A stretch of 64,000 nucleotides of DNA from Rebecca billardiae RCC1528. Lineage: Eukaryota > Protista > Haptophyta. Where the stretch lies: NCBI GenBank assembly GCA_965240325.2, contig OZ251242.1, positions 124,001 through 188,000 on the forward strand, in the 5' to 3' direction. This document shows, in pieces, positions 12,965-24,943 of the stretch. Within the stretch, counting starts at the first letter, position 1. Each line of letters starts with the position of its first letter. The notes below the pieces were generated by a model, which did no database searches, was not told where the DNA came from, and saw only the letters and a list, made by a program, of their open reading frames with translations. The position numbers and the translations under genes were made by a program.

Positions 12965-14571
12965 CGCGTCGCGCGCGCCCGCGCGCAGCACGCGCCGCGC
13001 GTACCACGCGCGCTGCGCGCCCGCGGCCGCGCCCTTGCCGTGGCACATGTGCAGGAAGAAGGGAAGCTCGCTCAGCTGCAGCCACGGCGCCAGCAGCAGC
13101 TGCCGGCACAGCGTCGGGTAGAGCGGGTGCGCCGGGCGGCAGAGCACGGTCGAGGCGGCCGCGGCGAGGGCGGCGTGCGGCCGCGGCAGGCGCTGCGCGG
13201 GCGGCGGGGCCACGATGGCGTTGGCCACGGCGCGCAGCAGCAGGCACAGCTGCTCGCGGCAGCGCACGTCGCGCGGCGCGTCGAGCAGCCGCGCGTGCGC
13301 GTAGCCCAGCGCGCTGTAAGCCGCCGCGCGCACGGGCGGCGCGCGCGCGCTCAGCGCGGCGAGGCACAGCGCGAGCCAGCCGCGCTCGGCGGCGGCGGTG
13401 ACGTCGTGCGCGCCGTCGGCGAGCAGGGCGCGCGCGCACAGCAGCAGGACACCCGCGTCGAGGCAGCGCGCGACCTCCTCCTCCGCCGCGCCGCCGGCGC
13501 CACCGCCGCCACCGTCACCGCCGCCCTCCTCGTCCCCGCCGCCGCCGGCGCCGCCGGCGCCGCCGCCGGCGCCGCGCCCGACGCCGCCGCCGAGGCATGC
13601 GGGCGTGTGCGCACTCTCCAGCCCCTCGGCCAGGGCGCACAGCGCGCGCGCGGGCAGCAGGCTGAGCGCGCAGCGCGGCGCGTCGCGCGTCCCGGCCGCG
13701 TCCGCGCCCGCGGCCGCGAGCCCGCCGCCGCCCGCCGCGGCGCTCGCCACCTCGAGGCCGCGCGCGACGACGGCGACGGTGCGGCGCGCGCGGCCGTGCG
13801 GCGGCAGTGCCGCTCCGATGCACGCGTCCAACTCGAGCGCAGCGCACGCCGCACCGTCGGCAGCGGCGTCGGGCGCGGGCGCGGCCCCGTCGGCGCGGCG
13901 CGCGCGCTTGCGCGCCGTGCCGCCATCGACGCCCGCCGCGACGGCCAAAGGCGCCGCCGCCGCCGCCGCCCAGATCGCCGAGGCGAGGCGGCGCGCGTGC
14001 GCGCGCGTGCGCGCGTGCGGCGCGCAGCACGCGGCGTGCACACTCGGCGCGTCCAGGGCGCGCGCCAGCCGCGCCCACGCAGGCTGCTCGGCGGCGGCGG
14101 CCGCGCGCGCCGCCGCGGCGGCCGCGCCGTCCGCCGCGTCGCAAGCGCACGCGCCGCCCGCCGCGCGCGCCAGCGCCACCGTCGCGCCGAGCAGCTCGCA
14201 CCGAGCGCGCTGCAGGCAGCGCGCGCGCGCTGCGCCGAGCGGCGCGCCGCCGCCGCGCGCCGCCGCCGCCTCCGCCGCGTCCGCGGCGGCGTCCGCGGCC
14301 GCCGCTTCGGCCGCGCCGTCCGCGCCCGCCGGCGGCGCCGCCAGCGCCGCCGGCAGCCCGGCCACCGCCGCCGCCGCCTCGGCGCTGCGCGCGCTCAGAG
14401 CGCACACCGCCGCCGCGTGCGGGTCGGCCGCCCAGCGCGCCGCGGTCGCCACCGCCCACTCCGCCAGCCGACGGCCGGGGGCGGGGCCGGCCGCGGGCGC
14501 GGCCGCGGCGCACGCGGCCGCGGCGAGGCGCACCAGGGGCGCCGCGGCTTGCAGCACGCCGCCGCCGCCGC

Positions 14572-14604
<33 letters not shown>

Positions 14605-17600
14605 CGCCGCCACCGCCCGCCGCCGGCGCGGCGGAGATGGCAACCTCGCCGCGCGCGGCGGCGGAGAGCGCGCGGCCGCCGATCGCGTCGACAGCGCGGC
14701 GCGCGCGCTCGGCGGCGCGCAGCAGCGCGCCGACGTCGCCGTCGCCGCCGTCCGCAGCGCCCGCGTCAGCGCGCGCCGAGGCTGCCGCGCTTTCCGCGGG
14801 CGGCAGCGGCGAGATTGCAATCTCCGCCGCTCGAGGCGGCAGCGGCGCGGCCGCCTCGAGCGCCGCCGCCACCGCCTCGGCGGCGCGCGCGCGCGCGGCG
14901 GCGCACGCGGCGGCGGCGCGCGCGGCCGAGCGCGCGCGCGCGCCGCCGCTCGCATCGGCGGCGCGCCGCGCCGCCGCCGCCACCGCCGCCTCGCCGCCGC
15001 CGCCGCCGCCGCCGCCACCGCCGCCGCCATCGTCGTCGTCCGAGCCGGCCGCCGCGCCCCCCGCGCCCTCCGCCACCGCCGCCGCGCCGCCGCGCCGCGG
15101 GGCGGGCGCGGCGGCCGCCGCCGCCGCCGCCGCCGACGCGCCGACGCCGACGGCCACCCAGCCGCCGAGCGCGCCGAGCGCGCCGAGCGCGCTCGCGTGC
15201 CACTCGCGCGCCCCGCCGGCCGCGCCCTCCGCCCCCGCCTCCGCCGCCGCCTCCATCGCCGCGCCCGCCGCGCGCGCGCTCGCCGCCAGCGCGTGCGCCA
15301 GCGCCGCGCACCGCGCCGCGTCCTCGACGTCGGCGGCGAGCGCGAGCGCCGCCGCGGGCGCGGCGACGGAGGCAGCGGCGCCGCCGCCGCGCGCGCCAGC
15401 CGCCGCGCCCTCCTCCGCGCCGCCGCCGCGCGCCACCGCTCGCTCGTGCGCGGCCGCGCGCGCGCGCAGCGCCGCCGCGGCCGCGCGCAGCCGCGCCGCG
15501 CGCAGCGGCCGCGCGCGCGCCAGCGTGAGCGCCAGGCTCAGCAGCGGCGGCGGGAGGCGCGCGCCGAGACGGCCATCTCCGCCGAGATTGCAATCTCCGC
15601 CGAGATTGCAATCTCCGCCGTGGGCGAGCGCGTCGAAGAGCTCGGAGCCGACGCACGCCCACAGCGCGGCGGCGGCCGCGGCGTGCACGTCAGCGCCACC
15701 GCCGCCGCCGCCGCCGCCGTCGTCGCCGCCGCCGCCGCCATCGCCGCCGTCAGCCCAGGGCGAGCACTCGCGCGCGGCGCGCACACACGGGCCAAGCGCG
15801 AGCGCGCGCGCGAGCTCGAGCGCGTCCGCGCCGGCGGCCGGCGCGGCCGCGCCGGCCGCCGGCGTAGACGCGCTGCCGTCGGCGTCGGCGCGCGCCTCGC
15901 GCGTGAGCACACGCAGCGCCGCCGCCCAGCGCGCCGCCGCGGCCGCGCTCGCCGCCGCCGCTTCGGCGGGCGAGCGCGCGGCCGCCGCGGCGTCGGCGGC
16001 GTCGGCGGCGGCGAGCGCGGCGCCGCCGTCGCCGTCCGCGCCGTGCGCCGTCGCGACGAGCCGCGAGACCGCCAGTGCGTGCGCCTCCGACGCCGCCGCG
16101 AGCGTGCGCAGCAGCGAGCGCCGCCGCCACAGCGCGGCGCCGTCGCGCGCCGCCGCCGCGTCCGCCGCCGCGTCCGCCGTCGCGCCGCGGCCCGCCCGCC
16201 CGCCCGCCGCCGCGCGCCGCCGCGCGCTGTGCTGCTGCTGCGGCCCCTTGGCGCGCGCCGAGATTGCAATCTCGGCGTGCGCCGAGATTGCAATCTCGGC
16301 GTGCGCCACGCAGAGCAGCCGCGCCCAGCGCCCGTCGCTCACGTGCGGCACCGCCGCCTCGCCGCCGCCGGCACGGCCGCCGCCGCCGCCGCGCCGCAGC
16401 AGCAGAGCGCTGAGTGCGCGCGTCAGCGGAGATTGCAATCTCGGCGCGCGCGGCGGCGGAGATTGCAATCTCGGCGCGCGCGGCATCGGCACAGCCGGCC
16501 GGCCGCGCGCCGCCGGCGGTGGCGCCGCCGACGCCTCCTCGAGGGCGAGCAGCCGCTCCAGCACGGCGTCCAGCGCGCCGCCCGCCGCGCCGGGGGCGGC
16601 CGACAGCGGCGCCGCGGCCGCGAGCGCGCCCACGCCCACGCCGCGCCGAGCTAGCAGCCGCAGCAACGGCGGCAGCAGGGACCACGGCTCAGGCGGCGGC
16701 GCGGCGTCGGCGTCGGCGCGGCGCAGCACGGCGCACGCGCGCTCGGCGCACGCGCTGCCGGCGAGGGCGGCGCCGAGCGCGGCCGCGTCCGAGCTGCGCA
16801 CGAGCGGCAGCAGCGCCGCCAGCAGCGCCACCGCGCACAGCGGCGCGCGCGCCCGCGCACACGCGTCTGCGCCTGCGTCTGCGCCTGCGTCTGCGGCAGC
16901 GTCTGCGCCTGCGCCTGCGTCTGCGGCGGCGGCGGCGGCGGCGTCTGCGGCAGCGGCCGTTGCCGCTGCGGCTGCTGCGCCGCCGGTGGGCGGCGGGGGC
17001 GCAGGCAGCCGCCGGGTCCACTCGGCCAGCGCGCGCGCCGCCGCGCGCGCGCACGGCGACGCACACGCGACCACCGCCGCCGCGAGCGCCGCCGGCGGCG
17101 GCGGCGGCAGCGCGCGCCGGGCGCTGCCGCGCCGAGCGGGCTGGCCGCTTCGCGCCGCGCCGCCGCACGCCTCGCAGAAATGGCGAAGCAGCGCGCGCGC
17201 GCCGCCCGCGCGGCCCTCCGCCGCGCCCTCGTCCTCGCTGCCGCTGCCGCCGCCCGCGTCCTCCTCCTCGCTCGAGAGGGCCAGCGCGGCCGCGGCGCCC
17301 AGCTGGAGGCGCGCGCAGGGCGGCGGCGCCGGCCGCGCGCCGGCCGCGCCGCCGACGCCGCCCGCCGCGGCGGCGGCGAGAACGTCGAGCACGGCGCACG
17401 CCGCCGCGTGGCCCACGCGCGCCTCGAGCGCGCCCTCCGCACCGCCCGCCGCGCCGCCGCCCTCGGCCGACACCGCCTCGAGCGCCAGGCGCCGCAGCGG
17501 CGCGCTGGCTCCGAGCAGTGCGCGCACGGCCGCGGAAGCGTCCTCGCCGCCGCCGACCGTGGGTGGCTCCGCCGCCGCCGCGCCGGGCGCGGGCGCGGCG

Positions 17601-20210
17601 TGCGCGTCGGCGTGCGCGCCGCGCGCCGCGCAGCGCACCGCCGTCGCCGCGAGCTGCCCGAGCGCGCCGATGGCGGCGCACCCGTGGCCGACCGCGGCGG
17701 CGCGCGCGTCCGCGTCCGCGCCGCGCCCGCGCGCCGCCGCCGCCGCCGCCGCGCGCCGCAACGTCGCCGCGGCGACGAGCTCGAGCGAGGCGCTGAGCTG
17801 CGTGACGGCGGCGGGCACGCTGAGCGCGCCGACGTTGCCGCGCGCCGCCTCGCCGCCCACGCCGCTCGGCGGCGCGAGCGCGCGCTCCAGCGCGCAGCAC
17901 AGCGTGCCGACGGCGGCGGCGCTCGGCAGCGGCGGCGGCGCCGCTGCCGCCGCGCCGCCGCCGCCGCCGTCGCCGCCGCCGCCGCCGATGAGCGCGCACG
18001 AGCGCGCGACGCGCGCGGCGAGCGCGTCGCCCCAGGCCACCGCGCCGCACAGCACGTCGGCGTCGCTCGCCTCGGCCGCCGCCGCCGCCGCGCCCTCCTC
18101 CGCCTCCGCCTCCGCCTCCAACGCCACCGCCACCGCGGCCGCCGCGGCCGCGCCGCTGCCGCCAGCTGTGCCGCCCTCGCCGCCGCCGCCGTGCCGCGGC
18201 GGCGCCGCCGCCGCGCACAGCAGACCCGACGCCGCGCGCACGAGCGCGTCCTCGCGCGCGTCGGCGCGCGGCGCGGCGCGCGCGCCCGCCGCCGGCGCGC
18301 GCGTCCGCGGCGCCGCCGCCGCGGCCGCCGCCGCTCCGAGCAGCGCGGTGCGCAGTGCGGCCGCGTGCGCTGCCTCCGCGCGAGTGCTGACGCCGAGCGC
18401 GGCGCGCGCGCGCGGCGGCGGCGCGCACGGCACGAGCAGCGCGCCGAGATGGCAGCGCAGCGGCAGCAGCACCGCCGCCGCTGGCACCGCCGCCGGCACG
18501 GCCGCGTCGCCGTCGTCGCCGCCGCCGCCGCCGTCGCCGCCGCCGCCGTCGCCACCGCCACCGCCGCCGCCGCCCTCCGCCTCGGCGAGCGCCGCGGCCA
18601 GCGCGATCGGCCCCGCCATGTGCGCGTGCGCGACGCGCGCCAGCGCCACGCTCACGTACGCCAGCGCGAGCAAGGCCGCGCGGCGCTCGGCGGCAGACGC
18701 GGCGGCCGCGGCGCCGGCGGCCGCGCCGCCGGCCTGCGCGCGCGCCGGCCGCGCGCCGCCGCCGTCGGCGCCGCCGCCGCCCGCCGCGTCCGCCCCCGGC
18801 GGCGCGGGTGCGTGCGCGCAGAAGCGCGCGTGCAGCGCGCGCGCGTGCACCAGCGCCGCCATCGTGACCGTCGAGACCGGCGGCGGCGGCGCGTCGTCAC
18901 ACGCGCCCGCGTCCGCGCCGCGCGCGCCGCCGCGGCGACCGGCGCGCGCCAGCTCGGCGCGCCACGCGTGCGCGCCCGCCGCCGCCGCGCGCGCGCTCGC
19001 ACTCAGCGCCTCCGCATGCTCGGCGGCGCAGGCGACGAGCCAGCGCAGCACCGGCACGGCCGCGGGGACGAGGCAGCCCAGCCAGATTGCAATCTCGCCC
19101 TCCGCGCTCGGCACCAGCCGCCAGGTTGCAATCTGGGCGCGCGCGCCCACACTCGCGCCGCCGCCGCGCGCGCCGCCCTCGCCCCCACCGTCGGCGTCGG
19201 CGTCGTCGTCGGTGTCCGCGTCGGCGTCGTCGGCGCCGGCGTCGGTAGTATCGTCGTCCTCGTCGGCACTCGCCGCGCCGCTGCCGCCGCCCTCGACGCC
19301 GCCCGCGGCCGGTGGCGCGCGCGCGCGCGCGCCGCGCCGCGCGCCGAGATCGCAATCTGGGCGCGGGCGCGCGTGCACGCAGCCTGAGCCGTCCCAGAGT
19401 CCGGTGGAGCGGAGGAGTCCGGCGGCGAGGGCGCTGGCGACGGGGACGACGTGCGCGTGCGGCGCGCCGCGCCCCGCGTCGGCGCCCGCGCCGCCGAGCA
19501 GCGCGAACACCGCGCCCAGCGCCGACGCCTGCCGCCGCGCCGGCGCCGCGCCCGCGCCGCCGCCGCCGCCGCCGTCGGCTCGCGCCGAGATCGCAATCTC
19601 ATCGTCGCGCTGAGCGCTGTGCCCGAACCAGCGGCGGTCGATGGTGGTCGCCACGACGGGCGCGCCCTCGCTGGGGCGCGCCACGCTCGCGCCGAGCACG
19701 AGGCGCAGCGCCGCGTGCTGCTCCAGCCCCGACAGCTCGACGAGTGAGCCGGCGTCGGCGCGCGCGCCGCCGCCGCCGCCGGTGCCGCCGCCGCCGCCGC
19801 CGCCATCGCCGCCGCCGGGCCGCTGCTGCTGCTGCGCGGCGGCGGCCCCGCCCTCGCCGCCGAGCAGCAGGCGGCGCGTGTCGAGCCCGCCGTCCGCGAA
19901 CGCGTGCGGCAGCAGCGCGCGATACGCGCAGAGCAGCGACAGCGCGCGCGCGTGCCCCAGCGCGGCCAGCGGCGCGCGCGACGCGGCGGCCGCGCCCGCG
20001 CCGCCCGGCGCCGCGGCGCCGCGCGCGGCCGCGCACAGCGCCGCCATGCGCTGCCGCGCGGCGATCGCGACTTGGACGTCGGGGAGCAGCCGCGTCGCGA
20101 GGGCGCGCGCGCTCGTCGACAGGGCCGAGTCGGGCGCCGCCGCCGCGTGCGCGACGCCGCCGCCACTGTGGCCGCCGCTGCCGCCGGCCGCCGCCGCCGC
20201 CGCCGCCGCC

Positions 20211-20242
<32 letters not shown>

Positions 20243-20427
20243 ATTGCCGCCGCCGTGCTCGGCGGCCAGCGCGTCGGCGAGGGCGGCGCTGACGAGGGCG
20301 AGCGCGTTGAGCGCGGGCAGCACGACGAGCAGCCGCGCGTGCTGCAGCGCGCGCGACCACACCGCGCGGCGCAGCCCGGCCTCGAGCGCGCAGCCCGCCG
20401 CCGCCACCAGCCGATCGCTGCGCGACT

Positions 20428-20467
<40 letters not shown>

Positions 20468-21243
20468 GCCGCCGCCGAGTCCGCCGGCAATGTCGCCGGC
20501 CTCGGCGGCGGCGGGCGCGTCGGCGGCGATGGCGCTGACGAGGCGCGTGACGAACGCCAGGTTCGCCAGCCACTGCACCGACGGCCGCGGCTCGAGCGAG
20601 AGCGGCGTAACCGAAAAGTAACGGCCGGCCAGCCCGGGCTCGGCGCTCAGCGCGGCGCACACGAGCGCGCGGTGCGGCGCGCGGCCCGCCGGGGTGAGAC
20701 TGCCGAGAAAGGCGAGGAGCGTGCGCAGCGGGCCGCCGCGGAGCGTGCCGCCGAACGAGGCGAGCTGCGCGCGGTCCGCCGCCTGCTTCGCCGCCGCGCG
20801 CGCCAGCAGCCGCGTGTACGCCAGGAGCAGGGCGTGCGCGGCGCGCACGGCGCGCGCGGGCGCGCCGACGGCGCCGGCCGCGCCGCCGCCGCCGCCGCCC
20901 GTGCTGCCCGTGCCGCCCGCGGCCGGCGGCGCGCGCGCGGGCTCGAGCGCGTCGTCGGCGCCCGGCCGGTCGTACACGCTCGCCAGCGCGCCGAGCACCT
21001 GCGCGTTGAGCAGCCCAAGCTTCGCCTTCACCCCCACCGAGCGCGCGCCCACCACCGCCGCGGCCACGGCCGCGCAGAGCCCGCCGAGCGCGCGCGCGCC
21101 CTGCTGCGGCGCGCCGAGCAGCGCGCGTTGGCACAGCGGGCGGAGGCGCTCGGAGAGGAGCTCGAGCGTGGCGGACGGGTCGGGCGCGTCGAGCAGCGCG
21201 CTCACCAGCCCCGCGAGCGCGTCGTGCGCGCCGTCGCCAGCGA

Positions 21244-21274
<31 letters not shown>

Positions 21275-22021
21275 AGTCGCGCCGCCGCCAGCGCCAGCGC
21301 GCGCGCCCGCCTCAGCGGCTGGCGCGGCGGCGCCGCGCTTGGCGCGCTTGCCCGGCGCGTCGGCACGCTCGGCGCCCTCCGCGCGCGCCGCCGTCTCGCC
21401 GCCGCCCGCCGCCGCCGCGGCGCGCGCGCGCTTGGCGCGGCCGCCGCCGCCCACGTGCATGCGCTTTGGATCGAGCGCGCGCGCAATGGCTGCCGCCGAC
21501 GGCGGGTGCGCGCGCACGATGGCGGCGGTGAGGATGAGCGCGGGCACCGCGAGCGTGGCGCGACCCGTCGCCATGTGCTCGAGCAGCGACGCGCCCCGAG
21601 CCTTCCACAGCCGGCGCGCGCGCGCCGCGCCGCCGCCGCCCGCGCCCTCGCCCGCGCCGCCCGCGCCGCCTTGCGCGCGCTCGCACTCGACGAGGGCGGC
21701 CAGGAGCCGCACGGTGGCGCCGAGGCCGCGGCGGTGGTCCGCGCGCGCGAACGCGTCCCACGCGTCGTGCACCTCCAGCCACTCCGGCGAGCCCGCCGTG
21801 TACTCGCGCGCGAGCGCGGCGGCGCCGCCGCCGCCGCCCGCGCCGCCGTCGCCGCCGCCGCGCGCCGCCGTCACGCGCCGGCGGAAGGCGTCGACGCCAT
21901 CGTGCAGCGCGTCGAGCGCGTCGGGCCCGAGGTCGAGCAGGTGGCGCAGGTCCGCGCCGACGATCGCCTCCGGGTTGATCGGGCCCATCAGCGCGCGCAG
22001 CGCCTCCGTCGGGCGCGCCAT
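10928..22021 (-). CDS. URB1: Nucleolar pre-ribosomal-associated protein 1 (URB1/Npa1)-like, 3697 aa, Ala/Gly-expanded
   Basis: Npa1-like N-terminal motif LEPRPSVQWLANLAFV. NopRA1-like C-terminal block LAALSARAPPVRAAAYSALG...REQLCLLLRAVANAI...RLP...RPAHPLYPTLCRQLL...LPFF...QRAWY. Single 11-kb open frame; in-frame introns cannot be excluded. Confidence 0.75.
14634..19600. repeat. Dispersed 14-bp palindrome GAGATTGCAATCTC inside the URB1 ORF (7 perfect and about 6 degenerate copies)
   Basis: Perfect copies at 14811, 15584, 15602, 16260, 16284, 16429, 16459. Degenerate copies at 14634, 15566, 19083, 19122, 19346, 19587. Confidence 0.92.
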
Positions 22022-24943
22022 GGCGCCGGACGTGAGGCGTGAGCGCGCGGCCGTCGACCACGTGCAGCGGTGCAGCTGCTTTCGGTCGGGCCTCGCCGCG
22101 GTCCGGAGCCCGACCGGGACGCACGGCCGGACTGACGCGAGCTAGCTCCGGCTGAATGAAGCCTCAAGCCAGCCACTTGCCACTTGTTCAGTCAGCATGG
22201 CTGACCCGTGCCCACGAGGTGCGCCCGGCCTAGCAATGCTGTGAGACTGTGGATTCCCCACGCGCAGAGCGAGCCAGTTGCGCATCGGCCAGCCCCATGC
22301 GCATCCCTGCCGCGCGTGCGGGTGGTCTGCGCTCGAGCTCGGCTCCAAACACGACAAGGCTGTTCGTTCGATCGTTCATTGTTCGGGCCACCAGGTCCGC
22401 AAGAGCCAGAGGTGGCTGACCTGCCGCCGGTCGCCCCGGGCCGGCGCGCCTCCCGGGGTCTGCTGCCGCGCCAGGCTGAGCCGGGCGGGGCCCATGCCGG
22501 TGGCCGGCGCCCGGCTCCCGCCGCTGCAGGGGTGGCCGCAATGACGGTCCGCGTACGGGTAGTGACTGCGTGCGCATGCGAGAATGGCCGCGCGCACCGG
22601 CGCCTGATCACGGATCAGCCAGCTGGACTGCCGCTGGCGCGGGGGCGGATCGATGACGCGACTACTCGTGCGTGCGGAGCGGGCTGACGGTCATCCTGGC
22701 GCGTGCACAGGCTTATGGCGGCGGCGCTGCTGTGAGTGTAGTAGCAGCCATATCATCAGCAGGACAGGTTGCACAGGAAACTGTCCTTGGTGTTACATTT
22801 CTCAGCGACGGCGCCTCTGAAGGATGGCGCCCGCCCACTCGCCGCTCGTGGGTGGCGCGCGCCTCGCGTGTCGATGCAGCCCCGCATGATGACTAGCTGA
22901 ATGCGCGTGTCGTCAGGACTTGTCCGCGTGCGCTACATCCCTTGAGCTAGCACAGCCGGGACACCCTCGCCGTCGGCAGTGACTGTCATCATCCCAGCAC
23001 ACGTCGCGTGATGAGACGGCAAAGCCACAGCAGCATCACCCTCTCGTCCAGGATCATCAGGCAGCTGGAGACAGTCCTCCCTTCGACGCGTCTCGGAGCG
23101 AGCGCACACGCCCGGCTCTATCTGCTTCACACCGCCCGCGCCATCCGCCTCGAGCCCGCCAACGCCCGTCACCACGCGCAGTATGGCAAACCGTCATGAT
23201 CGGACCGAGCTCGTCGACGAGTGCAGCCTTCGCCAGCAGTGCCGCGCGCGAGCATTCGAGTTCGACAGTAAGTCGTCAGCGACTTGTGGGCCGGCGGGGA
23301 GATCCACGCGTGGCATGATAGCATGTAGGTCGACAGCTCCTGCTCGGTGTACGCACGCGCTCTGCATCTGAACACTCGATAGAAGCTTTCGATCATCACC
23401 ATCGAGCTGTTTACGCGAGCCTGTGCCGTGTGCGGCGACCGTCTGCGCCAACACCTCGCGCCTCACCCTTGATGCTGCGCTCACGCGAGACAAAGAAGGC
23501 TATGTGGGGCTGATTAACCATTCGTACAGTAAGAGCGTCCTTGCCGCAGCGAGTGACAGCTTCCTTCGTCCGCTTCTAAGCACTCGCCCTGCTGTTCTTG
23601 GGCGTGAGTGAGGCGTGGTGCCTCGTCAGCCTGCTGAGCGGTTCTTGTCGATGCGTGTCACAGTGCGGAAGCAGGTGTGCGTTCGCGAGGCGTCGTGCGT
23701 GGATGCCGTTCTTCATGCTGACGACATAGATGGACTGCGTAGCGGCCGTCTCCTCATCCAAGAGCCTCGAGCATGCCACGACTCTGACACTTCAGCGCTC
23801 CGGCCGGCGCGCATGCACCATCAAGTGCAACCGAGCGATTGAGAGGTAGCCGCCGCCAGCTTTTCGATTCTCACCAACACGCGCTGGATGAACATTGCAA
23901 GGTTGTCGCATTATATGAGTGTCGCGTGTCTCCTCCCGCGATTGCTGCTGCGCAACGTGATGTGCAAGACCAGTCGCGCGCGCGCTCCATCCAATGCACG
24001 CACAGCTGATGCATGGACGTGGCCGAGCGCAAGCACGCACGCGCGAGTCGTAGGCTGCGAACGTCGTGCGCGGCCAGACTGCGACGTGCATGGCACGTAT
24101 CCACCTTGCATTGCTACCTCTCTTCACACCGGGCCTGGAACTCTTCCAGGCTTAGACGGCCTGCTCTGCTGCCCTCTGCGACTCAGATGCCACGTGAACG
24201 TGCCGCGCGGCTGCGCGATGTCGCGATTGGAGCTCATCAAGGGTGGTTGACTTTCGGTACATGCTACTCAAGCAGGAAGAGGCCGATCGAGGCGCGGAGT
24301 GGCGCGCTGCACCCGCAACAGCGGGCATCGTGCAGCGCGCGAGAGCGCGCGCCGCTTCCGAGCGCACGGCGACGGCGCCATGTACCGAAAGACGGGTGGA
24401 CAGGTCGCGTCCACTGGGAATGTAACATGTGTCAGTCATCGCGGGCGGTCATTTTTCCGTGCAACCTGTCGTCGCGCAGTGATTATCATGGCACAGTGCT
24501 GCCCGTGACGACGACAGTTACCCGGTCAGATCGAGTCACGGTCGTCTCACGGTAAATGACGCGCAGGCGGGCACTATACTGCGCGCCTGAGTCGTAGTAA
24601 TGCGATATGCATCGTCGATGATCTGCCGCGACGACAACGATCTGCTGCGCTCGCGCTGCGCGGCCGGTCGTCTGGCGTCGTCGCTTTGCGGGACAGAATC
24701 AGGCGGCAGCGCACGCGCAGTCGCGGGGCGTCTTCCGCCCCATGACGACGCTGCCGCCAAAAGAAAGCGCGGCGGATGCGAGCAGCTGCCGATCTGGTGG
24801 CGGCGCTCGGCTGCACCGAGTGCCGAGTGAGCACTGCGCGCCGCCGCTCGCGCGGCGCAAAGAATCAGCGCAGCGCATATGATTACGACGACGCTGATTC
24901 GGTCGGTCGCCCGCCCGCCGCCGAGGCATGCCTACGCCCCGGC

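Noticed and set aside
9726-22145. Very long + strand ORFs (1131, 1854, 2071 aa and others) overlapping URB1
   Set aside because: Antisense and shifted shadow frames of an extremely GC-rich gene: Arg/Ala/Pro/Ser low complexity, no domain motifs, and stops are rare at this GC content.
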